This document shows positions 13,028 to 26,995 of a stretch of DNA of 64,000 nt, piece after piece; within the stretch, counting starts at the first letter, position 1; each line of letters starts with the position of its first letter. The position numbers and the translations under genes were made by a program. Source of the DNA: Haliotis cracherodii (taxonomy: Eukaryota). The notes under the pieces are model-generated. The model was given only the letters and a program-made list of their open reading frames with translations. It was not told the DNA's origin and made no database searches. The DNA lies in contig NW_027266270.1 of assembly GCF_022045235.1 (NCBI RefSeq), forward strand, positions 35,650,001-35,714,000. Reading direction: 5' to 3'.

Positions 13028-14066
13028 TAGATATTTGAAAAGATGACTACTGGTTGGGGTGGTTGGATATTTGAAATGATGAATACTGGTTGGGTGGTTG
13101 GATATTTGAAATGATGAATATTGGTTGGGTGGTTGGTAGAGGTGTAACGATACGGGAGGGTCGCGATACGATACATATCACGATACTGGGGTCGCGATAC
13201 GATACGTATCACGATACAGTGTTTACTGGTACAAGCTAAGCCAAGTTGATGTCTTTCTGCTCTCTAAAAGATGTGACAAGTACAGTTGAAGAAGATATAA
13301 GGTGTTTATTTACTGTTATAGCAAATTGTCAGCAATACAGTATGTTTTACTGAAACAACAAACTGGCTTTGAAACTGTTAAACGTATTTCATGTTCAAAA
13401 GTACCCCCCTCTAGTGGGTTCAATATTTTGGGAAAAAAGAAATTTGAATATTATGCGCCCAAAAAGATTACACTGTACCCCTTCAGCGAAGTCCGGCAAA
13501 CGAACGGGTGATGAGAAACCTTTTCAGTACAAATTCGAAATTTGAGATAAAAAATCACCAGACATGTTGATTTACAGTTTAAATTGTATTTTTTGTTCAG
13601 CTAGGCATTGTTTTATATCCAGGGATTAAGATTACCTTGAGTATTTTCTTGTAAACTAAGCCGGACACAGCAATCAGCTGTACACACGTTTTCTTGGAAT
13701 CTACCGGTGATTCGATTAAGATACTCCCAATGATATAACTTTACAGGATTTTAATGCAAGGATCGACAAGGTGTTCCGGTGTTACGTGCTCACGGTAATG
13801 TCTTTCCATGGGGGGAAAAACACAGCTGTTTTTTTTGGAAAAAAAGTGCGCACTATACTCAAGAAAATACGGTATGTAAAACTGTGTTATAAAAATATTG
13901 TATGTATCTTGATACATGCTTTCCAAATCGATGCATCGTATCGTGGGCTGTGCATTGCGATACAATACTGTATCGTGTATCGTTACACCACTAGTGGTTG
14001 ATGAATACTGGTTGGGTGGTTGGATATTTGAAATGATGGATCTAGGTTGGGTGGTTGGATATTTGA
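13028..14066. repeat. ~34-bp minisatellite interrupted by the hAT-like element
   Basis: GGATATTTGAAATGATGAATACTGGTTGGGTGGTT units on both sides of 13137-13993. Confidence 0.85.
13137..13993. mobile_element. Non-autonomous hAT-like element inserted into a minisatellite
   Basis: TIRs TAGAGGTGTAACGATAC / GTATCGTTACACCACTA; 8-bp TSD GTGGTTGG / GTGGTTGA; subterminal CGATAC arrays. Confidence 0.85.
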
Positions 14067-14846
14067 GGTTATAAGCTGAATTTGTTGATTTGTCGGAGGG
14101 TTAATCCTTGAGATTGGTTAGAGTTACCTTGACGTTAAAGCAGCAATGATCTTTGACATGTTTGTTGGTTATAAAATTGATTGCATTGTGCGTCTTTCTT
14201 TGTCAATGTGGGATAGTTGTTGAAGGTATAGGACTCTTAATCATGGGTTTACAAGAAGCGGCAGTTCATCGATTGATGAATGAAAACATGTATCTTTGGT
14301 TTGGAACTGGCTGCAGGACAATTTAGATGATGGTTTAACATGCAGTTTAGCTATCCTGTATATCATTGATTTTCTTTTTAAACTTGGTTTATGACTCCAA
14401 AAAATTGACATGTGAGAAAACAGAGTTTTTGTATTCTGCCGGACAGGAAAAAGTACACTGTATAAAGACCCACTTATTTTCTGACATTTACTTTTTTTCG
14501 ACATACTGACATGAATTTTTAGACCGAAATCCATAAACCTGAAAAACGAATGTACCCTGTGAGGTAAGACTGGCATTATGAATTGACCTAGCAAGCTGAG
14601 GTACTGACAGTCTCACTAGTGCAGAAAGAAAATAGCTGCTACAAATAGATGAGATCAATAATGTTCAATTCATGATGGATGGTGAAGATAATCTTCTAAA
14701 GTAATATACTAATGACTGGCCATGAGCAGCAGTGGTAACACAATTTAGTTGCCAAATAGAAGACTGAGAATACCTCAGTTCCATACCTCTCAATAACACT
14801 CTGTCCTGACCAGTGATGTTCGACTGATCTGGCATATGTTACAAGA

Positions 14847-15018
14847 GTGAGTGAGTGAGAGTGAGTATGGTTTTATGCCGCTTTGAGCAATATTCCAGCA
14901 ATATCACAGCAGGGGACACCAGAAATGGGCTTCACACATTGTACCCATGTCGGGAATCGAACCTGGGTCTTCGGTGTGACGATCCAACGCTTTAACCACT
15001 AGGCTACCCGACCGCCCC
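14847..15018 (-). mobile_element. tRNA-derived SINE family A (~165 bp, (ACTC)n tail)
   Basis: Minus strand GGTAGCCTAGTGGTTAAAGCG...GGTTCGATTCCC...GCTGGAATATTGCT; 12-bp TSD TATGTTACAAGA at 14835-14846 and 15019-15030. Confidence 0.9.
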
Positions 15019-15375
15019 TATGTTACAAGAAGCATGTCTACTTTACACAGAAAGGACGACTCGATGGGTGTATGGCGACCCTGTTCCAAATGGCCTCTTG
15101 AGGAAACGTGTCCCACACAAAAGCAACGCAATTATGTGCATTCAGATGTTAGAGAACAGAAAATTGCTTGAAAGGTCATGTTTTCATTATCTTCAAATCC
15201 CAGTTTACCATTCCGTGTATGTTGTTCTAATTACTGATTCTTGGCAGCATGAAGTGGTCGTATGTTTCCAACTGAGGGGGAACAAAGTATATCTAATGTT
15301 TAACAAGACCAGCCTCCTCCTGCAGAGTTGTCTGTCCCACTTGTACAATTTATCATCAGTATGTTTGGAATAATG

Positions 15376-15545
15376 TGAGTGAGTGAGTGTGAGTTTTATG
15401 TCACTGGATTTACTTTAGCAATTTTCCAGCAGTGTCATGGCAGGCAAGAGAAGACTGGGTTTCTTACATTGTGTTCATGTTAAACTTGAAGATGAGTCTG
15501 TGGAGTGACAACCATATGCTTTAACCATTGCACAAACCTTCTGCC
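15376..15545 (-). mobile_element. SINE family A, old and degenerate (another decayed copy at ~16104-16290)
   Basis: (GAGT)n tail, TTAGCAATTTTCCAGCA...GCTTTAACCA. Confidence 0.6.
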
Positions 15546-15718
15546 TAGGAGAATCCTTTGAGGTGAACAGTATAATATCGCTCTAAAGAGTATTTCAGTT
15601 ATAACCCAAAGTAGCGCAGGCCTCAGATGTTTACCACTTCGGTGAAAGCCATTAGCTTGATATGATGTTGTTAATACAAAAGGATTGCTTATAACAGCTT
15701 ATTCTGGTCCTTTAAGAT

Positions 15719-16033
15719 GCCATCAGTGGCTTTCTGACAGGTGGTCAAGCCACATGACCTTACATACAGCCATCAGTGGCAATCTGACAGGTCGTCAGGC
15801 CACATGACCTTACATCCAGCCATCAGTGGCAATCTGACAGGTCGTCAGGCGACATGACCTTACATACAGCTATCATTGGCAATCTGACAGGTGGTCAAGC
15901 CACATGACCTTACATCCAGCGATCAGTGGCAATCTGACAGGTTGTCAGGCCACATGACCTTACATACAGCCATCAGTGGCAATCTGACAGGTCGTCAGGC
16001 CACATGACCTTACATACAGCCATCAGTGGCTAT
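15719..16033. repeat. 50-bp minisatellite, ~6 copies
   Basis: Unit GCCATCAGTGGCAATCTGACAGGTCGTCAGGCCACATGACCTTACATACA. Confidence 0.95.
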
Positions 16034-17367
16034 CGGACAAGGGGTATGTGGGGTATGTGGAGGGTGTGGGGTGTGGGGGGTGTTTGTGTGTGGGGTTAAT
16101 ATGTGAGTGAGTGAGTGAGTGAGTGAGTGAGTGAGTGAGTGAGTGCCTGCGTGGGTGAGTGAGTGAGTGAGTGAATGGACATGATGTTACACCTATTTGG
16201 GTACTATTCCATGATACTCCATGGTATTCGATGACTCTAATAATGGCTTTCCACATTGTGTCCATGTGGGGATTTGAACCCTGGTTAACGTGATGGTTTC
16301 CATCCATTTAATCAATACAAATAACTTTAAACTTATTTATCCAGATCTCCTTAGCAACAGCCAATGAGTTTGACTCATCATTAACCAAGGGTCTTCTATT
16401 CATCAGTACTTGCTGTCGACGGAATTAGCTTCTGACAATAAACACGTACATTTATCAATAGTTCCGGCAGTCTAGTCCTGACTGCAGTTCACCAAGCCCA
16501 GATGTTGCAGTGGGTGAGACCTAGTCAGTTGATAAACTCAGCCTTCTTCATCAGTGCATCACATGTTTCATCATAATATTCTCACAATTGCTTACATCAG
16601 CTCTATGTATACAGCTTGTTATAGCTACCGCTCACAGAGGTTGTTTATTGTTTAACACTGCACTCAGCAATATTCCAGCTATATGAAGTCGGTCTGTAAA
16701 TAATGGAGTCTGAACCAGACAATCCAGTGATTGATATCATGAGCTGGGGATCGATGAAATGCATCTACCAAGTCTGTGACCACCCAATGTGATGACATGC
16801 ACCTACCAAGTCAGTGACCAACCGATGTCACGACATGCATCAACCAAGTCAGTGACCACCTCCTGAGAGTTTCCAAGTCATCAGTCCTGCTCACACTCAA
16901 ACACATGTAACACTTTCCTTCGGCAAGTGACTTTGTTCGAAATATGCCTCTATTCACAGAGCAGTGAATGGGTACCTGGTCGGAGGAGATTGTAATGTGA
17001 CTGTTAACCTTCTAGCATCTCAGGGTGCTGGGAATAATTATTTAGTGGACACAGATCCACTGTGACTGGGGTAATAATAAGATGTATCATGGCCTAAGGG
17101 CATTTGAGCAGGTATTGACTGGATAGTGCACTATACAAATTCATGATATGATATAATAACTTTATATGTATTTTTTCTTCAAGTTTTTTAGAGTCTGCTA
17201 TTACAGGGCTAAGCACAGTTTGTGGTCCATTACACTAGAGACATTTTGAAAGGTTGTGTTTAGGAGCAAGTAAGGATTATGCCCATCAGCTATAGACCAG
17301 TACTTGAGCCTGGATCAGACAAAGCTGCTGGCAGCAGTGAGAACAGCAATAAAAAACACCAGGAAGG

Positions 17368-18768
17368 CTAACCCTTGGTATCTAGTGCCAGTACTCTCCA
17401 ACCAGTAGATGTGTGATATGACTAACCCTGCCTAACTAGTGCCAGTACTCTCCAACCAGTAGGTGTGTGATATGACTTACCCTGGGTATCTAGTGCCAGT
17501 ACTCTCCAACCAGTAGATGTGTGATATGACTAACCCTGCCTAACTAGTGCCAGTACTCTCCAACCAGTAGGTGTGTGATATGACTTACCCTGGGTATCTA
17601 GTGCCAGTACTCTCCAACCAGTAGATGTGTGATATGACTAACCCTGCCTAACTAGTGCCAGTACTCTCCAACCAGTAGGTGTGTGATATGACTTACCCTG
17701 GGTATCTAGTGCCAGTACTCTCCAACCAGTAGATGTGTGATATGACTAACCCTGCCTAACTAGTGCCAGTACTCTCCAACCAGTAGGTGTGTGATATGAC
17801 TTACCCTGGGTATCTAGTGCCAGTACTCTCCAACCAGTAGATGTGTGATATGACTAACCCTGCCTAACTAGTGCCAGTACTCTCCAACCAGTAGGTGTGT
17901 GATATGACTTACCCTGGGTATCTAGTGCCAGTACTCTCCAACCAGTAGGTGTGTGATATGACTTACCCTGCCTAACTAGTGCCAGTACTCTCCAACCAGT
18001 AGGTGTGTGATATGACTTACCCTGGGTATCTAGTGCCAGTACTCTCCAACCAGTAGGTGTGTGATATGACTTACCCTGGGTATCTAGTGCCAGTACTCTC
18101 CAACCAGTAGGTGTGTGATATGACTTACCCTGAGTAACTAGTGCCAGTACTCTCCAACCAGTAGGTGTGTGATATGACTTACCCTGGGTATCTAGTGCCA
18201 GTACTCTCCAACCAGTAGGTGTGTGATATGACTTACCCTGGGTATCTAGTGCCAGTACTCTCCAACCAGTAGGTGTGTGATATGACTTACCCTGAGTAAC
18301 TAGTGCCAGTACTCTCCAACCAGTAGGTGTGTGATATGACTTACCCTGGGTATCTAGTGCCAGTACTCTCCAACCAGTAGGTGTGTGATATGACTTACCC
18401 TGGGTATCTAGTGCCAGTACTCTCCAACCAGTAGGTGTGTGATATGACTTACCCTGAGTAACTAGTGCCAGTACTCTCCAACCAGTAGGTGTGTGATATG
18501 ACTAACCCTGGGTATCTAGTGCCAGTACTCTCCAACCAGTAGGTGTGTGATATGACTTACCCTGGGTATCTAGTGCCAATACTCTCCAACCAGTAGTTGT
18601 GTGATATGACTAAACCTGGGTATCTAGTGCCAGTACTCTCAAACCAGTAGGTGTGTGATATGACTTACCCTTGGTAACTAGTGCCAGTACTCTCCAACCA
18701 GTAGGTGTGTGATATGACAAACCCTGGGTAACTAGTGCCAGTACTCTCCATCCAGTAAGGGTGTGATA
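17368..18768. repeat. 54-bp minisatellite, ~26 copies, with higher-order structure
   Basis: Unit TAGTGCCAGTACTCTCCAACCAGTAGGTGTGTGATATGACTTACCCTGGGTATC. Confidence 0.97.
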
Positions 18769-20953
18769 GGACACCAACACAGCCAGCCCCCACTTATCAA
18801 ATACTTGCAGTGCTCTGGTCAACTGGTCTGGTTTTGTTACAGTCTGGCATTCCTGTTCTGTCATTAGACAGCCAAGATGTCTGACATAATATTCACTTAT
18901 ACTGTTCACAGAATTCCTCTTCCAAGTTTATACTAGTCTGAGCTAAAAACATTCTTGAGTTTACAAGGAAGATTAGGTCCAATGGAATTGTTTTCAGAAG
19001 CTTGTAGTCTAAACATATGGGCTTTTTTCAGATAATCCGAGACCCCCAAAATTGATTAAAGACAAGCTTCAGACAGACAAGTGGATGAAGTTGCAGACTT
19101 TAATTCCTTGAGAAATGATCCATTATCTGCCACCATATAGCTGAGGTCTGACTACTGGAAACACTATTCTGCCCAGAATCACAACAGTGTTAAACAGGCC
19201 ACGGACGTATATATACGTCTTTGAACAGCCCAAGGATCCTATACTGGTGAGTGAGTGAGTGAGTGAGTGAGTGAGTGAGTGGGTGGGTGGGTGGATGGGT
19301 GCGTGCGTGCGTGCGTGCGTGAGATTTTTTGCAGTTTTTGGCAATATTCCAATCATGGTAAGGGGATACTAGTAAGGGAACAATAGACTAGCCCACTGCC
19401 ACTTATACTGAATAAGCTGTCAGATTACAGACTGAAGCATTAAATCATCTTGTTCCCTCTCACTGTTGATAGCCACACCTATTTGAGACTACTCCAACTG
19501 ACACAAATCAGCCTCTCACTAACCATCAGGCCTCCGCCCTTCGTACTGGCTCCCTCCCAACACGTTGCACAAACACGGCAACATTAAGCAGATCACTGTA
19601 CTCAAACAGCAACTGTCATCTAATTACCACATCCCGATTATCATGGAACGACATAACTGCCCAGGTTCTACCAGGGTCAACAGCAACAGCTTGGGACATC
19701 TGAAAGCCGATAAGGAAATTACTGGAGGCCAAAGATGTTAGCATGGTGGGGAGGACACTGTGTCAAGCACATTGGTAATTAATTGCTGATTCCATCACAC
19801 ATGATCCTTGTCAGCATCAGCAGGAATCTGCATCAAACTCATAATTTAATCTCTTAGGGAAGGTACTCTATCAAATGAAATGATTTGCTGTGAAACCTTT
19901 ATCTTCTTTGGTTATAATGGCAACCGGATATATTAGGAGAGAAAATAGCTATAGGAAGAGAAGATTACTACATGACTATTAAAAGTTAGAGTGGTGTGTG
20001 CTACCATTAAGGCAGGACATGCTTATCCTTTTGGTGAACACCTGGTGTCATCACTGATTTTCAGTGATCCATTCATGTAATTTTCACTGATATTTTGCCT
20101 TTTATGCCCAATCAAATCAGTCTCTGCAGATAATGGAGACTCGTTATTCACTGGCGTTGACGTTTTATCTTTCTTTTCCACTCTCATCATAATGCCATGG
20201 TTTCTTTTAAGAGTTGTGGCAATATTGAGTACATGAGTGACAATTGTTTTGCACTGCCTCAACAATTTATTCACGGCAATGTAGAAAGTACACCATGACT
20301 TCATTCTGGATTTACATGGTCTTGTAAAATAGAATTGATTAAAAAGGATGCTTATCAATGCCAATATGTTCAGAATAAGATCTACTGAAACCTTTCTACA
20401 GGAAATACTGAAGCTGGCAGGCACAAAACAAATGCTGACAGTCCATGGGGCATAACCAGATTGAATCAGGTGTATTCAAAACAGTGAATCCTGGTCCTGA
20501 AAAGGGACATAATTCATGTCAAATAAGAAAAACACAGTCGATTCAGACACCCAAGCCTCCTAAGCAGCCTGAAAAGTGAGTGAGGGAGTTGCTGCTTTGG
20601 ACAGTATTGCAACTTTGAAATTTGTATCACAATCCTATAAATATGCAAATGAGGAACTTTCAATAAGGTCCATGGATCGATGCAATGTCTACTTGCTCAT
20701 GAGTCAAGTGTTGTCAAAGGCTCCCAATAAGCTCAGATATAGGTCTTTTGATGTGTGGATGTTTCTGTACACAAACATGGCTTCAAATCATTTGGCACTA
20801 TAAGATAGAGTGGTTCACTCATGTATTCATACTCGGTGTCTAAAGTTACTCCTGTGAGTGAAATATATATATGCATTAAACATTGATTATTCTATAAATG
20901 ACATCATATGATAAACAGAGTATTAGCCGAGTTTGTTTCCACATCATAAAGCA

Positions 20954-21814
20954 GACACAACCATGACACAGCCAAGACGCAGCCACGACACAGCCAAGAC
21001 ACAGCCGTGACACAGCCATGACACAGCCAAGACACAGCCAAGACACAGCCGTGACACAGCCCAGACACAGCCAAGACACAGCCATAACACAGCCATGACA
21101 CAGCCGTGACACAGCCATGACACAGCCATGACACAACCATGACACAGCCATGACACAACCATGACACAGCCATGACACAGCCATGACACAGCCGTGACAC
21201 AGCCGTGACACAGCCATGACACTGCCAAGACACAGCCAAGACACAGCCAAGACACAGCCGTGACACAGCCATGACACAGCCATGACACAACCATGACACA
21301 GCCATGACACAGCCATGACACAGCCAAGACACAGCCGTGACACAGCCATGACACAGCCATGACACAGCCATGACACAGCCAAGACACAGCCAAGACACAG
21401 CCATGACACAGCCATGACACTGCCAAGACACAGCCGAGACACAACCAAGACACAGCCATGACACAGCCATGACACAGCCAAGACACAGCCAAGACACAGC
21501 CATGACACAGCCATGACACAGCCAAGACACAGCCATGACACTGCCAAGACACAGCCAAGACACAGCCATGACACTGCCAAGACACAGCCAAGACACAACC
21601 AAGACACAGCCATGACACAGCCATGACACAGCCATGACACTGCCAAGACACAGCCAAGACACAGCCAAGACACAGCCATGACACTGCCAAGACACTGCCA
21701 AGACACAGCCAAGACACAACCAAGACACAGCCATGACACAGCCATGACACAGCCAAGACACAGCCGTGACACAGCCATGACACAGCCATGACACAGCCAA
21801 GACACAGCCAAGAC
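20954..21814. repeat. 11-bp minisatellite, ~78 copies
   Basis: Unit GACACAGCCA(T/A). Confidence 0.97.
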
Positions 21815-22053
21815 AAAACAAAGACTTCAACTTCTGCTGATGTCTCCGCAGGTAGTCAACAACTCATGTTCCACATAACTGGATGCAACATATAGTGGGG
21901 ACCTCTTCTGCCCTTAAATTCCAGTGGGATCATTTTGTCACAGAGTGAATGAGTGAGTGAGTGAGTTTGGCTTACTGCTGCTTTAAATCATGGTTCAGTA
22001 ATGTCATAGCATGTCAGCATGACTGTGATGCAAGATCTAAGATTTTACCATGA

Positions 22054-22195
22054 CCTGTGAACATCTGGGTTAGAATAGGTCTTCAGCAACCCATGCTTGT
22101 CATAAGAGGCAACCAACGGGATCAGGTGGTCAGACTCGCTGACTTGGTTGATGCATGTCATCGTATCCCAATTGCGTGGATTGATGCTCATGATC
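22054..22195 (+). mobile_element. Short non-autonomous retroposon family D (no tRNA head), 5' part
   Basis: CCTGTGAACATCTGGGTTAGAATAGGTCTTCAGCAACCCATGCTTGTCATAAGAGGCAACCAACGGG...; roughly 15 homologous pieces in the window. Confidence 0.82.
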
Positions 22196-22660
22196 GGTTT
22201 ATTAACGGTTACACCAAACACTAATTAGTAGTGAAAACATAGATACTTTCATTCATTGCGCCATACTTGACACTGCCAACTGTAAATCGTCAGTGTGCCA
22301 GGTATTTGGCCATCTTGTCTATGAAAAACAGGGCTCACGCACCACAGAAAAGAGCACATGCAAGTATCGTGATACGTATCAGATCGTGAGCAAGGTACAG
22401 TGATACGAATCGGATCGCACAGTTGGTGTACCGTACCAACCCTAATCATAAGTGTGAATCGTGATATGCACCCATGAACATATATTCCTGGCATCCATAA
22501 CCCTGCACAGTGATTTGTTGTTTCCCCACCGGCCGGCCAGGCATTGGACAGAGTTGGAACACAGTACCTTCTAGAGCTGCCAAAGTCTACAACACCACCA
22601 AGCATGGAATTGAACCCTGACAACTTGGACAAAACAAAAAGACATATCCTTCACTTATTA

Positions 22661-23501
22661 CCATAATGTCTTGTATAGTGGCACCTGAGTATAAAGTACA
22701 TCCCCAAGTCTTGAGCTGTTTCATGTTTTGTGTGTAGTCAAAAACTATACTGTATCAGTTTAGGTGCACAAACAGGCGATAACTAACTTAGTCCATAAAA
22801 ATGTGAAATTTGTGATGAAACATCACTAGACATGATGATTTACCATTTCATTTGTATTTCCTGTTTTGCTTGGCATTGTTGATATGCAGATATCAAGATT
22901 ACCATGTGAAATAAGATGTACACACATTCTCTTACATATTCTGCTGGTGACTCATCTCAAAAATACCCAATATTAAAACCTAAAAAGAATTTTAATGCAA
23001 TGATCGGAAGACGATGTTTCTGAATTTATTCTTTTGCCAGGAATAATATATTCTAATATTTTGTTTTTCTAGTTGTAGCTTTTACTATATACATTCAAAA
23101 ATAAAAAACAAACAAGCAAAAACAGTATGATGACATGTTATAGTCGTACAACAACAAACATCTTTTTACAAGACTATGTATGGCATTTGAGATACTTATA
23201 TATATATACATTCTCTGACAATTAAAGTTTCTTTCAAGGCATCATTAGTAGTAATGGTAACGGTTGATATCATAGTCCACAAATAGATAGTGTATATAAT
23301 GAACACTGTTTGTAACCATATAGTGTAATGACGGGGTCTGTTAGGACTTCATGACATGCTATTTCCGGTGTTGCGTGTTCATGGTAATGTCTTTGCATTG
23401 GGAAAAACATTCAGAACTCAATGTCAGTGTATCATGCACACACTCCTCTACACAGCTGCATTTTATGTTTTAAAGTGCACACTATTCAAAAGAAAATATG
23501 G
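22661..23501. mobile_element. Degenerate pogo/Tigger-like MITE; a related segment lies at ~13590-13874
   Basis: TA|CCATAATGTCTTGTATAGTGGCAC ... GTGCACACTATTCAAAAGAAAATATGG. Internal blocks match 13590-13874, which ends AAGAAAATACGG|TA. Confidence 0.55.
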
Positions 23502-25906
23502 AACATGTCAGTTCATGAATTTAAGTTAAATTACATATATTCTTGGAAACTCATTTTTAAATAGAATAGCAAAACATTCAGTCATACATTCATACATACC
23601 ACTGAAATGACACAAAAATGATCTTGAACACTTTATTTTATATTTTGAAACATGAGACGCCTATAAGCAAGTTGTTTTAAAGAAAACTACTTTTAACTGA
23701 TCGTGATAAATCATTCATATTCAGTTGGGTCTCACACAAAACAAAATGAACCCTTTGCAAAGTCTGTTAGCATGCAATCCAACGCACCATAATTGAGTCT
23801 AAGGTGAGACTTAGTCCGGTCAAAAGCTACAACTAATTCCCTATGATGCGTACTTTCCCAGCTTTCTGGTGGCTTCAAGAACATCTACATCACAACTCAA
23901 CACGTGTAATGGAGAGAAGGTGCGAGAAAACATAGTTGGATAAATCAATACCTTGCATTTTGCAGCAGAAAATGTCAAGCCCCCCACTTGGGATGAAAGA
24001 GAGTGATGTTCATTTCACAGCTGATAGCAACAGCCAGCAATCTTCAGTGGGAGAAAGGTTGTAAATAGCGGCATCAACATTGTGAGTAGGATGGAGGTTA
24101 TATTAGCAGCATTGCAGAAAAGGAGGGATTTGTGAAAAGTTGTAAAATTCTCGGCTTGAGATTAAAGTTCGTTGGAACTTATTTGAATGAATTTCTTTCA
24201 AAGATTTGAATGCATGGTCACACTAAAATATTTAATGGCAACAATTTCCGTGTACACTTCGTTTATGGATGTCAAGCACATTTTACTGCATGATTCAAGA
24301 CTGCCAATTAGGATTGGCACCAATTTTCTGAACTTAATGTTTAATGAGATAAAACCTACAATACTTCCAAATTCAATACATATTACATTTATTTGTGCAA
24401 AGGTCATTTGAACTTCACATGAATACAATTTTTTTTATATTCTGTAATCTACAAGACAAACTGCAATGTTTTAGGATTAATGTAGCCTGTTTTTGGAAAT
24501 GTTTACATCAGTCTCTGTGTCGACAAGCAGAATCAATACAAACTCACTCTGAAAAACACTTATCAAACAACAAAAATGTTCAAAACCAAATTACAAAATT
24601 AGATTTCAAAATTCATGTGGAGTGGGATTTCCATTCAAATTATTTGATTTCTTTCAAACTATGAATGATAATTTACCAAAATGAATATTCAATTTATAAG
24701 GCTATGAGTCATTTTGTAAAAGCGTATTATTGCCCAAAAAAACTTTTGATGCACTTTTAAACAAATTGCTAAAACAGAATATCACAGTTCCTTTAGCAGG
24801 CTATTTGTTAAAGACCATACACTTCTCCTCGATCATGTCTAATGATTCAACAAACTACATTCAAAAATGAAGTTTGTTAATGCATAAATATTGGCCATTA
24901 ACACTCCCAGTTTAGCAACAAAACACTTCAATTTGTTTCATGGTGACAGCTTGGTTCAGACATCTCCGTCATCAACACTCCATCAGTGGTTAGAGGCTGC
25001 AGGATCCTGATAGGTGACAGATTTACTCATCAAAATGCCGGAATCATTCATGTGATAAATGACCATATTCTGAAAGATGTTTACAGTTGAGCCAGGTTTT
25101 ATTACTGCCAAATCAAGAGTGGTGATGAAGACCTTATTTGGAATCTGTAAAATAAAAATGTCTAAATGATTCTGCATCTAATACTGGGATGGACACCATT
25201 GGTCATACCCAACTAGTCCCCAGCTCATTTAGAACTGGTTTGGGTTATGTAAATTAGCTAGATTTGGGGATAAAACAACTGGATGCTCTAGATTTTCACT
25301 TGTCTGCGACTCATGGACAAGCGTGCATGTCCATACTTGAAGTAGCAGAGGAATGAACAAAGAACACACTTCCAATGCTAAACTCTTCCACCAGTCTGCA
25401 GACACACAGACAGCAATCATTCCTGTGGATATAGACTCTTGAGTAGATACGAAGGCCCCTGGATTGTGGGGCAGATTACACTTTAAGCAGCCCATGTTTG
25501 TTGTAAGATTTGTTGGTTTGCTTCCCAGCTTAACTCAATATATTCTTGCAATATGAATGCAACCAGCAAATAAATAGTCAGGAGCAGACAATCCAGTTAT
25601 TGACAAGCATTATGATCCACACAGTCGGGTTATGATGACATGCTGTCAACCAAGGCACTGAGTCTGACACCCAATCCATTAAGACCAGCATAGGTTGCTG
25701 GGGACCAATTCTAACTCGGAATATCTACAAGTTCTCTATTTAGACACCTCTTATGACTTTCAATGTGGTGCTGGGGACATGTGGTGCTGGGGACGTGATG
25801 CTGGGGACATGTTCACAGGGGCAGTATGTGACACAGCTGCATGGTTATGTATCATCACATCAAGAAGGTATGATGACACTACCCATCACTATTGCTATCA
25901 CCCACT

Positions 25907-26995
25907 ACACAGACATATCACTGGGTACCAGGACACACCTTCCACACACAGACATATCACTGAGTACCAGGACACACCTTCCACACACAGACATATCACT
26001 GGGTACCAGGACACACCTTCCACACACAGACATATCACTGAGTACCAGGACACACCTTCCACGCACAGACATATCACTGGATACCAGGACACACCTTCCA
26101 CACACAGACATATCACTGGGCACCAGGACACACCTTCCACACACAGACATATTACTGGATACCAGGACACACCTTCCACACACAGACATATCACTGAGTA
26201 CCAGGACACACCTTCCACACACAGACATATCACTGGGTACCAGGACACACCTTCCACACACAGACATATCACTGGATACCAGGACACACCTTCCACACAC
26301 AGATATATCACTGGGCACCAGGACACACCTTCCACACACAGACATATCACTGAGTACCAGGACACACCTTCCACACACAGACATATCACTGGGTACCAGG
26401 ACACACCTTCCACACACAGACATATCACTGGGTACCAGGACACACCTTCCATACACAGACATATCACTGGGTACCAGGACACACCTTCCACACACAGACA
26501 TATCACTGGGTACCAGGACACACCTTCCACACACAAACATATCACTGGGTACCAGGACACACCTTCCACACACAGACATATTACTGAGTACCAGGACACA
26601 CCTTCCACACACAGACATATTACTGGATACCAGGACACACCTTCCACACACAGACATATCACTGAGTACCAGGACACACCTTCCATACACAGACATATCA
26701 CTGAGTACCAGGACACACCTTCCACGCACAGACATATCACTGAGTACCAGGACACACCTTCCACACACAGACATATCACTGAGTACCAGGACACACCTTC
26801 CACACACAGACATATCACTGGGCACCAGGACACACCTTCCACACACAGACATATCACTGGGCACCAGGACACACCTTCCACACACAGACATATCACTGAG
26901 TACCAGGACACACCTTCCACGCACAGACATATCACTGGGTACCAGGACACACCTTCCACACACAGACATATCACTGAGTACCAGGACACACCTTC
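25907..26995. repeat. 39-bp minisatellite, ~28 copies
   Basis: Unit CACAGACATATCACTGRGTACCAGGACACACCTTCCACA. Confidence 0.97.

Noticed and set aside
20876-21830. Cys-rich ~300-aa ORFs in three minus frames
   Set aside because: Artefact of the 11-bp repeat.
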